Source: Coniocarpon cinnabarinum (Eukaryota). Taken from it: 55,137 nt of DNA. The position numbers and the translations under genes are program-made. The notes beneath the pieces were generated by a model. The model saw only the letters and a list, made by a program, of their open reading frames with translations, made no database searches and was not told where the DNA came from. Below, piece after piece: positions 24,533-35,528 of the stretch; positions within the stretch are counted from its first letter, which is position 1, and each line of letters opens with the position of its first letter. Location of the stretch: positions 1-55,137 of the forward strand of contig JAVECO010000161.1 of assembly GCA_051942205.1 (NCBI GenBank), read 5' to 3'.

Positions 24533-25291
24533 CTAGGGAATACCATCCGAAGAACAAAGCCGAACCGTAAAATCATACCCATTAACCGTATGTTCGACAG
24601 GTGAATCCTGATGCACAACAGTGCGAGTAGCATCACAAGCACATCCCTCGCCGCGCGGTGGACAAATCAGAGCCGTTGAGTCCGGACCATTGGACAGGAC
24701 CTCGAAGCCGTCGGCGGCGAAGAAGTCGCCAGTCGTGGTCACGAAGGAGTAGTAGAGCACGCCGTTGTTGTTTTGGCTGTAGCCGAAGATGAGGGAATTG
24801 TTGAGACCGGCATCACCGCTGAGGTAGATGGTGTTGTTGAAGTCGCCAGGGCCGCCTTTGGTTGTTAGCTTCAGGCTCAATGAGCGCGAGGGTGCGTGGA
24901 GTTCAGAGTGGGGAGGGAAGGTGAGTGGAGCGGTGATCGACCTTCGATATGAGTGTTGGGGAACCGCAAGGAAATGGACAATGACAAAGGAAGAGCGGCG
25001 AGCATGTCAGGGGAAAAGAGAGTGCGTGCAGGTCTTGAGTCAGCTACAACAAGGCAAGAGAGTGTGTGTGTATGTCTTGAGTGAGTCAAAACACGGCAAG
25101 CACTCACGCTGAACTTCTTGATAAGCGGTGCGCCTGTTTGCATCTAAGGTCAAAATGTCACCAGGGGGTCCAAAACCCTGCACAGAGGAAAGGTAGGTGG
25201 TGTAGTTGCACAAGTTGTCAACGTAGACGTTGCCGGCAGAGGCGATGGCCGCCGCTGTGGCGAAAGCAAAGGCTGTGAGAGATGCGCGCAT
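24533..25291 (-). CDS. Small secreted Bys1-like (thaumatin-related) protein, ~168 aa, 2 exons
   Basis: Signal peptide MRASLTAFAFATAAAIASAG, 'VYVDNLCNYTTYLSSV', 'IFGYS…LYYSF…GDFF', terminal 'TVRLC'. Intron 25107..24856 (GTGAGT…CTAAC…AAG) keeps the frame. TATATAAA upstream near 25410-25417. Confidence 0.8.
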
Positions 25292-26743
25292 GTTTGCTGA
25301 TCTTGCAGGGGAGAGGGCAAAGAGATCGTACTGCCAGAACGAAACGCGAATGTAGTGCTGAGTCTCACGTCTGACAAGATCAATGCTACGGTGGGGAGTG
25401 CTTCTTCTCTTTATATATCCACACTCACACCCATACATATACGTTTACGGCTCAATAACATCGCGTCGGAGAGGGCTGTCATTCGAATTGAGGAAAGTCT
25501 CGTAATCAAGCATTTTAGCGTTGAGGGCATTCGCCCAGTCGCACGCTGCAAACGAGCTCACCTAGTATACGAGGAATTGCAGCGTTGTTGACGCGCTCCA
25601 ATGTATATCTCGTGTTGGAGAGCATCGACTGTTAGTATGTTGTCAGAGGCGACCGAAGACGATTGAGCCCGTGCACACGGCCTGGACACCCAATGCAGCC
25701 CCTGTAGTATTCTTCTGTTTGCAAACATTACTGATAGCATCTCGTGTCAGCTAAAGGAAATAGCACAAGTGACCGCACTCTCTGAGAGCAGCTGGCACGT
25801 TTTAACGCAATGCCAACATCTCGGTTGAGCTGCGTTGAGTCCGAATCAAATGACCGCTTTTCACATAAGTCTTTATCGTAACGCTGTTGGAAAAGCCTTG
25901 GACGTGACGCTGAACCAGGCCACCCCACACGTATTTCATGACAGAAGATTGGAATTCTTTGGAGCCTTGTCGAGCAACAAAGTCTTCATCATGTGGATTG
26001 TACTTCCGAATGTGATTGAAACTGGATCAGACTTGGCCTGACAGCGTCATATGACATTCATGATAGCCTGCAAGCGAATCTCGTAATGTCTCATCACGAC
26101 ATTTCCGGAAACGGCGTTTTACGAGATGTGTTATAGTATATTACTGTTCGTTATTACCTCACTGCATCGGCATGGGGTAGATATGGGGTCCCAGACTTCG
26201 ATGCACTCGAAGGCCTCGCAGTGTCCGGGGATCGCGTCGCGCTAAAATTGTGATAGGCCTTGTGTGTCACAAAATGCGGCTGAGCCAGCAGTAATGTCGA
26301 GGCGCGCACTTGTTCGTTTACCTAACACTGGCGCTCATATAGTAGTTCAACACGTAGTGTCGAACGTGCTTTTGGCATCTGATCAACGCTGTGTATATAA
26401 TCTTGACTCGTGAGCATATCCGCATGGCGTTGAAGCAATGTCAGCCACGGTCGTGGCAAGCTTGATTGTAGTAAACGGAGCTTCGTGCTGGAAGGCGAGA
26501 CGTTGTGGCAAGCAATAAAGTGTATGTCAAAAAGCTCGGATAATCGATCACGAGTTGCCGCAATCGGTTCGAACCAGATAAGATCGGAGCAAGATGTCCG
26601 AGCCGGCCGAGAAAACCCCTCGGCATTGGAGAACCCCTCCAACAATGAATGTGTCGATGGTCTTGTAGCTGTATGGCTCCAGATCCCGAACGTCTAATAT
26701 CTTTACCATTTTGTAGTCGCCGCAGTAGCACAGATATGTGATC

Positions 26744-28396
26744 ATGCCCCTCAAGCTCGAAGACCTCCCCACCGAACTCCTCGAACACATCGTCTCCACC
26801 CTTGACATCCCACCCCCATCCGTCTCGCAATCGGCACAAGAACCCAACCTTCCCGACCTCCGCACGTCCATCACGCCTCTCAAGAACCTCGCCCTCGTCT
26901 CCTCATCATGGAACCGACTCGTGACTCCCCTTATTTTTCGTTACCTCCGCCTCTCTGTCCTCGAGCTCCAAGGCCTCGCCGTGTTGTCCCAAGAACACCT
27001 CGATTCCCAAGAAGAGCAACGAAAGGCGAAGCAATTGGAACGAGTACACACGTGGCAGAGTCGGCAATGGACCGATCCGCGAACGAAGAAGACGTTTTAT
27101 GCGAGTATGAAGGCACTGTCGAGTGAGGGCGTTATCCTAGAGCGCTATGACAAGTCGGAACTATCGCTGAGTTATGCGGATCTCAGTGAAACGGATGAGC
27201 ATTACGTGAGCATGATGGCGAATCATGTTCAAGACCAACTGAGTCAGAGTTTGACGACTCGTGTGTCGTCGGAAACACTGGCATTGGAGCGGTTCCTGGC
27301 GAAGCGGGCGGAAGGGTGCTATAGTCTCCTTGTGTACTCGTCGTCCGGCTATGAGAAGAATTTTGACACCGCGGGTCATCACGTCAATGAACGCGCCAAA
27401 ATGTGGAGTCTCACCAATCGGTACATCAATCCCTCTCGACTGGTCCTTATTGCGCCTCCGGAACTGCTTGCAAGACTGGCGCATTGCTTCACGAACGTGA
27501 CCGATCTCTGGAGTTTTCACATTCCCTTCCAACGCATTGAGCTGCATCAGCACGCTGACACCCCTTCTCTCTCTTGTTTCCCTTCCTCCTCTAATTCCCT
27601 AATGCCAGCTACACAAACAGACCAACGCAAACAAAACTACACCGACGCCGAAATCGACAACAACGGCTACGGTCTTTTGCACTCCCGGTACTGGTCTTCT
27701 TTCGAATACGATGAAGGCTCCTCTTTAAACATCTACGGAACCTATCACTACTTCGAAAAGCGCCCGCCGTCCATCATAAATCTGACAAGCATGCAAATCG
27801 AATCCCTGGGCAGCTGGCTTCGGACATTCACATATACATCCATCTTCCCGCATCACGCGCATTTCATCCACGTGCTCGAAGCCATCGAAGGCTTCAAAGC
27901 GCTGACGCATTTAAAGTTGAAATTAGCGCCGGACGCAACCTCGCTTTTGTTGGCGGATCATGAAACCATTGGACGGGGGAATCTGGCGATTCGAGAGTGT
28001 TGGAACGAGCTTGAGCGATGCTATGGCAGTGCTTGTGGGAGACTACTGAGTACTGCTGGGGAGAGACGGTTACCAATCTTGGAACGATTCACGTGTTTGG
28101 ATTTACAGAATGAATGGGTAAGGGATGTAATGGAGGGGTTAAGATGGCGGTTATTGCCAGAGTGGCGCGTGGATTCTGAGGATGAGATGGGGAGTTGGAT
28201 CCCGGTGGAGCCGGTGTGTGGGTTTAGGAATTGGGATTGCGAAAGTGAGAAGGGGAAGGAGAGGGCTGAGGGCGATGCTGCCGCTGTTGGTGGTATTCGT
28301 GGTGAAGGGAGTGGCATCCAGACGGATGCGGCGACCTTGCCGACGACGCCCAGTGCGGTGTACACGCCAAGTATGTTTGGAGCATACGACCCGTGA
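26744..28396 (+). CDS. Fungal F-box domain protein
   Basis: N-terminal F-box-like 'LEDLPTELLEHIVSTL…LKNLALVSSSWNRLVTPLIFRYL' in a long single ORF. Also 'DLWSFHIPFQ' and 'YDEGSSLNIYGTYHYFEKRPPS'. Confidence 0.85.
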   Translation: MPLKLEDLPTELLEHIVSTLDIPPPSVSQSAQEPNLPDLRTSITPLKNLALVSSSWNRLVTPLIFRYLRLSVLELQGLAVLSQEHLDSQEEQRKAKQLERVHTWQSRQWTDPRTKKTFYASMKALSSEGVILERYDKSELSLSYADLSETDEHYVSMMANHVQDQLSQSLTTRVSSETLALERFLAKRAEGCYSLLVYSSSGYEKNFDTAGHHVNERAKMWSLTNRYINPSRLVLIAPPELLARLAHCFTNVTDLWSFHIPFQRIELHQHADTPSLSCFPSSSNSLMPATQTDQRKQNYTDAEIDNNGYGLLHSRYWSSFEYDEGSSLNIYGTYHYFEKRPPSIINLTSMQIESLGSWLRTFTYTSIFPHHAHFIHVLEAIEGFKALTHLKLKLAPDATSLLLADHETIGRGNLAIRECWNELERCYGSACGRLLSTAGERRLPILERFTCLDLQNEWVRDVMEGLRWRLLPEWRVDSEDEMGSWIPVEPVCGFRNWDCESEKGKERAEGDAAAVGGIRGEGSGIQTDAATLPTTPSAVYTPSMFGAYDP

Positions 28397-29139
28397 GAGG
28401 ACACGCAAGCATTGCGATGAGAATGTAAATACGAAGTGTGATGGACGTGATATTGACGCGGTTATAGATGAAGAGACGGATGTCGTGTACATAGCAACGG
28501 CTTTCATCCCAGCCTCGGATGATTTTCAGATCTTGAAAATGAATAGAGCTATTATTGAACGTGAAATGATCCCGAAATATGGCTTCGTGGCTTCAACTGC
28601 CAGCACTTCGTATTCTGCTGGCACTGCTTTGGCGGACTTCATAAGAAGTATGACCGTTTAGCGCTGTTCGTTATGACTTGGCATGCTTGCAGTGATGCCC
28701 AAGTAACGAAATCGCAAGTAGCAGGCTATCACTCTTTCTCAGCTTTGATGGCTAGTTAGCCCAGTCGCTCCGGAAAGCAAGCACCTCTCCAAGTCACCAA
28801 CGATCATCTGGTCTAAAAGACAGAGAATGCCTGATAGGTCGTCGTGATACTAGTAGCGGTTGTGCCGTTGATCAGTCGCTTATGTTGAACGCCTCGTCGT
28901 CGATTATAGATCAAAAGCGTTGGAAGTTCAGAGAGAACATCGCGAAAGTTGCCGTGACTCGTGGATTTCGATATATTCCCTGCACCAACGTCATGCCTTA
29001 ACAAGACATTTGGCATATGCTCTTCTCATCTCTTGACCTGAAAGTCATCCTTGTCGTATACTCCAGTACTAAGCAAGCCGTCCAAGCCTTCAAAATCCAT
29101 CTCAAAGCGAGTAATCACGTGGATGTTTTATTGTGTCTT

Positions 29140-29145
29140 TATATA
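29140..29145 (+). promoter_or_regulatory. TATA element at -29 of the 5S rRNA gene
   Basis: TATATA at -29..-24 relative to 29169, the position described for dispersed Neurospora 5S genes. Confidence 0.65.
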
Positions 29146-29168
29146 TTGATTTTCAAAGAAGGACTAAT

Positions 29169-29287
29169 GCATACGCCCACGGCCACGGGGTAAGAGGGCA
29201 TCCCGTCAGATCTGCCTTACTGAAGCCCGTGAGCGGGGAGGTAGTACTGTGGTCGGTGACGACGCGGGAACGCTTCCTGGCGTATGC
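29169..29287 (+). rRNA. Dispersed 5S rRNA gene (divergent sequence type)
   Basis: 119 nt. Terminal helix GCAUACGCC/GGCGUAUGC, loop C-like 'CAUCCCGUCAGAUCU', loop E 'UAGUA…GAA', helix IV GUCG-GUGA-CGAC. Followed by a T5 run. Confidence 0.93.
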
Positions 29288-29288
29288 A

Positions 29289-29293
29289 TTTTT
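29289..29293 (+). terminator. RNA polymerase III terminator (T5)
   Basis: TTTTT one base after the 5S 3' end. Confidence 0.8.
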
Positions 29294-29459
29294 GGTTGAT
29301 TTCCCTTTTTGCACCTCTGTCCCGTTGCCCTGAATCGAACGCAAAGGCTCGAAATACCCTTTTAGTGAGCTTCGTGCCGTGTTCGAGACTTGGATTGGAC
29401 GTGTAAATGTGTAGATGTGTGTACTCATCAAGATTTATTTATCTACTACCACTATCTGA

Positions 29460-30468
29460 TCATATCTCGAGTTTGTCATTCAGCTCGGCGGCAATACTCT
29501 CCTCTTCGTCATGAGCTGACAGCAATTTCTCCGGATTCAGCACGGATGGTGGATGGCCTGCATAAAAGGTCAGCTGAGACCGGGCAACAGCGAAGAAAGA
29601 GAGCCCACACTCACCAGGAACCATGTACATTCGACAGAGCTCTAAAAACCATTTGAGGGTAAGAACGCGAACGACACATTGACGCGGTATCCATCCGTAA
29701 GCCAGCCAGTGGTGAGACCCGACGTCTCAGATCCCACGTTCGCTCTTTTCACAATACCGCGGCACGCCGGCTTCAATGGCCCCAAGATCAGATCGCCCGT
29801 ACAGCACGCCCATCTTCCGCAGCTTCTCCACATCGACGAAGGCGACCTTTCCCGTTTCCTGGCATTTCGCGAGCTCTCCGGGCGCTTGGGGGAGGAGGTT
29901 GGAGCACACCCACGCGGCGTCGTGCGTGAGGGAAATCCAAGACGTGAATTGCTTGTGCGCTTCACAGTGATTCCTGAGGGACTGCTCGCTAAGCTCGCCG
30001 CGTTTTTTTCAACTGTTCCACAGACGATGCCGGTACGCAGTTTGGAATGTCCCACGCGTTGAATTGCGAGGCGCGAAAGCCCAGTCTGTCGGAATAAGAA
30101 CATTGAGGCTCGTTCGAGAAGAATCGCACCAACATCTGAGGCCTGTCGTGGCGATTGATGTCTTGTCGCGGCATCGGCAGTGAGGCGGAAAGCGAGCCGA
30201 GCATGTAGCAAGCCTGGGCTTGCTGGATGTCGCATGGCTTTTGAATGCCTTTCTCGGCGTCGGCAACTTCGTGAAGCAGCCTTCGATGCGTCTCGACTGT
30301 GGACGTCACGTCGGATGTTAGAGTTCTGCTATATGGCTTGATGTGTCGCGATTGCTCGGGCAATATCCAGAATGAAAGACATACGATTTCTCGGAGGAGG
30401 CGGTATGTCTTTTCACGTAGCTCTTCACAACGCGTGTCTAGGTCCTTCTGATCTGCATCTCGCACCAT
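29460..30468 (-). pseudogene. Disrupted gene of a fungal DUF7587-like family
   Basis: 'LVRFFSNEPQCSYSDRLGFRAS', then a +1 frameshift in an A7 run (30003-30009) to 'LRNHCEAHKQFTSWISLTHDAAW…KVAFVDVEKL', a TGA at 29727-29729, then 'WLAYGWIPRQCV'. Intron signals remain (~30384..30297 and ~29614..29558). Family call is from recalled motifs. Confidence 0.65.
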
Positions 30469-31525
30469 GTTCTTCGTCGGAGGCCTGCGAGTGACAAACG
30501 ATGCACTATATATATTTATTTTAGCATTGTGAGCTCCCACTGTTTAGATCTAGTAGAAATTGTTGTAATTTTTCAGTCGCAACAATTCCCTTGATATGTT
30601 GAGCCATCGCACACGCCATCCTAAGGTTGGAAGGCTTATGAAATGCCTTAAAGTCTGTGGGTGCTTCTTAAAGTACTGAACAGGGTATGAATGTCCTTGC
30701 GGGCTATACTCGACCTTATGTGCAACTAAGCAATAGACTGAGGAACTAGTGGAAGGCTTTGCTCAGGCTTTAGTGAAGCCACCGAAAGGTTGAACTGGCC
30801 AAGTTGATGCTTGTACCAAGGTTTGTGGTATGCTCAACATTTGTGGAAGCGGCTCTTTCTCCGCCATGGCGACACTATCAGGTGCTGGCATTTCCTCACA
30901 CGAAAGCCTTTCTTCATGTAAAGTTCGGCTCATCCTCCTGAAGCAGCTCGCGGACCTGAAGCATTTTCTTGCAGAGCGCTGCTGGAAATGAGCCCACATA
31001 GATTGAAGGCATCGTGCGAGGCACTAGTGACATTGGCGTGCCCACGCAGGTAGTAGCACCAGATGCGAGCAGACTTTCTCAACTTTTCAAGTACGCTTGA
31101 TATTCGACTCTTCATTGCTGATATGCTCTTACTATGTCGCATGCACGTAGAGAAAACGACTCCCTCGCAGTACAAGTAATGAATGGAGAAGCTTGCGACT
31201 CGTCACCGGTGAATGAAAAGCTCTTCTTGCAGTCACTGAGGAGGAAAGAATTTGCGAACACGACACAGAGCCAGTGACGTGCCGTGTCACGTTTTGGCTT
31301 CTTATGTGTCTTTCGTGCATCAAACGTGCACTCGATTGCTGCCCACACTTACAACGCTGACAGTGGCATTCCACAAAGGCCCCTGCAGTCTCGCCACTTC
31401 GGGCGCTGCAAGCAAGTCAGGTTTGAACAATCCCGATCTGCTCCTCGCGCCTCTAGTGCTATGTTTCTTCGTCTCTTTTAAGCCGGTCGTCGTGTCTTCC
31501 AGGTGGATCTCCGACTATTTTATGT

Positions 31526-32113
31526 TCATAGGCTCATGCGATCAAGACTGAGTCGATCTTGACTCGTATACCTCTTAACCATGCCCAGTCTGTAATATCT
31601 CTCTTCACCTCCTGTAGTCCGTCCTCCAATGTACCAACTTTGACCACCATTCAACGCGTCTTTCCATGCCGCCGCTCCCCTCTCTGAGTCCATTGAGCCT
31701 CGTCCAGTACTCCCGCATCTCGTTTGTGACGGTGTCCGACTTCTTTGAAAGCTGCTGTGACTTTGTCTTTGCGGTGGCGAGCGAGGGGGGGTGTAAGAAG
31801 ATCTTGGGGATCTCGGTGGTGATGAAGAATGTGCTCGGTAGGCTGCGGAGGAGCTTCTAGTAGCCTGGAAAGCGTGTGCGGCGACAGTTGCGGCGGTTTG
31901 GGTCGTTTGAGGGGTGGCTTTGATGGAGCGGGCAGGCGTAGGTGATGGTGAGGATGAGCGCTGGTATGTGGATAGTTGCTGTGCTTGAGATGACTGTGTA
32001 GTTGCGGTAGAACTTGAGGTAATCGTAGCGGGTGCCGTCTTCTGAAATGCTGAATGCGCTCGAAACGCGGCGAAGAAATTTGCAAAGAACGGTCGGTTGG
32101 GAGTTGGACCCAT
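31526..32113 (-). CDS. Conserved fungal hypothetical protein with a Ser/Pro/Thr-rich middle
   Basis: Ordered termini 'MGPTPNRPFFANFFAAFRAH' and 'WYIGGRTTGGEERYYRLGMVKR…SLDRMSL' flank a low-complexity linker. Confidence 0.75.
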   Translation of the reverse strand: MGPTPNRPFFANFFAAFRAHSAFQKTAPATITSSSTATTQSSQAQQLSTYQRSSSPSPTPARSIKATPQTTQTAATVAAHAFQATRSSSAAYRAHSSSPPRSPRSSYTPPRSPPQRQSHSSFQRSRTPSQTRCGSTGRGSMDSERGAAAWKDALNGGQSWYIGGRTTGGEERYYRLGMVKRYTSQDRLSLDRMSL

Positions 32114-32896
32114 TGTGGAATTTGACCGAACTTGCAGATGAGAGGTTGCGAATGACGAGAGAACGGAGAGCTGCAATTATGCAAGGCGTAGCAAAGGCCT
32201 GATTCAGTGTCGTCAAGAAGTAGAGGTGGGGATGATAGAGCGTGGTGCAGGAAAAGCTCGTGACAAGTCGCAGGTGCGGCTTTGGCACTTGGGGCTAGCG
32301 GGGTCAAGTGTGCGGCCTGTCAAACGCCACCGACCTTATCACCACGAGGACTCACGCATACACAAGACCAGAAGAGAGGTCTTGCTCCTCGAGAAAGAGG
32401 TTCAGTCAGAGAGAAGCATACCGAGCGAGGAAAAAGAAAGAGCAGAGGACAATGCTGACCACCCTGAGATTTTCCATGCTTGTACCCCCTCCATCCGATA
32501 GACTCCGGACCGACTTTGTTGTGGCCAATGGCAGCGCCTGCATTTACCTCCAAGCTGCCACAAGCTCCAGGTAGGTAGTCAAAAGCTCATCGAGGTCACT
32601 CGCTTTCACCCCAAGAGACATCTTACATACTATGGCAACAATGACCTGCCGGCCTCTTGGCTTACGCCTGCAGCTGGCTTAGGTAGGTTTTGCGCGGCAT
32701 CTCCACCTTCCTACACACCACAGTAAGACTTGGGCGCAGGTTGCAAATACACCAAGGTGACTTTTCATTCTAGACCCAGTCGACTACATGCATCAATCCG
32801 ACTTTTGACATCCTCCTCCATCTATGCCTCTCACTTGAGGTCCTCCTCCGTGTAGTCTCGCTTCGATGCCATGAGCCGCGCACGTGCCGATCCTTG

Positions 32897-34417
32897 CTAA
32901 GAGTCAGATGCATTGTGCTTGAACCCGCCGTGCTTCTTCACAATCCTCTCGATGCCGTCCATGCCCTTCTTCAGAGTCTCCATGGTAGGACCATAGGACA
33001 GACGCACGAACGGATGACATGGAGAGTCAAACAGGTCTCGGCGCCTGCTGGGATTCAAGTCGAAGAAGATACCAGGCACCACAATGATCTTCTCTCGCAA
33101 GCACGCTGCGAAGAAGTTCAGTCCGTCGTTGATGTCCTCAGGAAGTCCACGCAGATCCAGCCATAGGTAGAACGTCGAGTTGGGCACGTAGGGTATTTCG
33201 AAGCCAATCTCACGAAGTCGGCCTACCACAAAGTCCCGCTTCATCTTGAAGTGCTTCTGTAGGCCCTTCATCTCCTCTTTGACTCGCGGTGGGTCCAGCA
33301 TTGGCACCGCCGCTTCTTGGAACGGATGAGCAGCGCCACCATCCAAGTACGACCCGCAGGACCCAAGGGCCTTGATGAATTCTTTGGGTCCCACCAGCCA
33401 AGCAATGCGCCATCCAGGCAGGCGGAATCGCTTCGTTAGGCCGTCAATGATGATAACATCGTCCTTGTCAACATCATGGACATTGTCAGCAGCGCTGATT
33501 ACAGTGCCGTCACAGTTCGTCTCGTAATTGTATCCGCCATAGAATTCATCCATGATCAACGTTGCTCGGTCTCGGCAGATGTCTTGAATCTCAGCAAGCA
33601 TGGGATTTTTGACCACTTGACCAGTTGGGTTGCGTGGGTTTGATGTCAAAATGACAGAAGTGCCACGAGAGATTTCCTCAGCAATCTTGTCGGGATGAAT
33701 ATGATACTGATCGGCCTCTGACAGTGGCACTGGAACGGCGGCGAAGTTTCTGAACAAGCTCAACATCTCATTGTATGCCTGTAATCGTCAGCAAGGAACT
33801 ATGTGGGCATGTCTTCGATTGACTCACAGTGTAGTCAGGGATGAAGAAGCCCAGGTATGCATTCCCAAGCACAGCAGCGATCCGAATAAGTCCTGCTCGA
33901 CCTCCTGGAACAATGCAGACATTCTCCCACGTGTATTGACTCGCTTTGCCCTTTCGGTGGTGCTCATTGTAGAGGTGTGCTACAGCCTGGCGGAGCTCCT
34001 TTGTTCCTGCGGTAGGAGCGTACTCGCGAGCAGCAACGCTGATGTCGATGGTGTGGGGCCTAGGGGCAATGTTGGGAATCTCGTCATCCACTTCAGGTGC
34101 GCCTTGGCCTAGATTTGCCCACGCTGACGGATTGTCAGAGAAGCCGCACTGGAACGCTCGTTCGGTGCACCAGATGACACCAGTCGATGCACGCGATGGA
34201 TCAAGGCCTGCATGCGGTCTGTGTCCTTGGTGTGCTTCGCGGAACTGTCGATGGATCTCTGATCTCAGTTCTGGAGAAAGTCAGTCATACTGTTGCATGT
34301 CAGTTGTTCGTGGTGAGTTGCGAACATACCATTGTCAGTGGGTTCTTTCAAGGTAGAGAATCTGCGCAACCTGTTAGGTATGCCAGCCGAGCCGTCCGCA
34401 ATCGAGTTAGTATCCAT
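32897..34417 (-). CDS. PLP-dependent aminotransferase class I/II (aspartate aminotransferase-like), 3 exons
   Basis: 'ANLGQGAPE', 'YAPTAGTKELRQAVA', 'SNPRNPTG', 'DEFY', PLP-Lys motif 'DGLTKRFRLPGWRI'. Introns 34329..34271 and ~33828..33779. Confidence 0.93.
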
Positions 34418-35528
34418 GCTGTTCGTCAGCTTGGAAGAGCTTGGCGGTATTGTCTATAGAAGTCTTAGGGGACTTAGGATACAACAAATAAAAACCCTCA
34501 AAGAATAACAATCCTGGATAGTGTGGAAAGGGCAAGGCTTGGGTGAAAGCGCAGGCAAAGGGACGGCTTTGTTGTTACATAGCGGATTCTCGGTTCCTAC
34601 AGTAAAGCAAGAGGCTGTTTCAGGAAGTGACGATGACGGACGGCACTCGCTTTGCTACGCACTCCAGGCAAGGGTCACGGTGGTGGAGAGTCTGGTGGAT
34701 GAAGTGCAGTCGCGACCTGGTCTAAAGATGCGGGATTACGTATTTGTTCGCGTGTCCACGCATTAGAGTGTTTTTCAAAAGGTAAAGACTAACAGAGCGT
34801 GGTCTGTGCGCAGGAACGCACTGCACCAAAACAGGGCTAGATATCACGTGCGCGATATCGGTGACGACTTCCAGACAAAAATGCAGGCAGAATTTCACAA
34901 TTCGCCAATGGTTGGTGCAAGGTACTTGTCTTTGCATGTCACGCTTTTGTCGGAGACTTCAAAATCGTTCCACTTTGAATCCGAGCGAAAGCTCGAAAGT
35001 CAACATCGTCTTGTTAAACCGGGCAAGGTATAGTAGAAATGATCTTGAGCACCTGAATAGGCTCGTACGAAAGAATACCTATTCGTCTGCAATACTCCAT
35101 GGACTGACCTCACGTCTTGCTGACCCACGTTGCTCGTGACTGGTCAGAAAACGCACAGATAGTGAACATGGTGCAGCAGAAAATTGCGAAAGAGCCGACG
35201 CCGATTCATCTAAATGGCTGTGAGACGAGGCAGGAGTGATCTGTGCTACTACGAAGCCTTTGAGGCCACGAGGTCGAGAGACGGTGATAAATCCTTCCGG
35301 GGCCGATCTCATGAACGGCGCAGAGAGAGCTCGGGCAGAGAAACTAGAATATGATAGGATTCATTAAAATTAAGTATTCTTTCGCACTCCGATATATACA
35401 ATTTTGTCACATCCTGGTTGACATGGTCTATCACCGATGCAGATGCTCGCAAATGACCGAAGACGACGCACAAGTCGCCATGGCGTGGGGTATTTCGACT
35501 CACGTTGCACTCGATTGCGCATCCCCCG

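Noticed and set aside
30640..31500. Several short minus-strand ORFs including an 'SPFIT' peptide
   Set aside because: Could be another relic, but no coherent protein could be reconstructed.
32897..34417. Aminotransferase as a member of the terpene cluster
   Set aside because: Looks like a broadly conserved gene with no obvious role in terpenoid tailoring. Treated as the left flank until co-expression data say otherwise.
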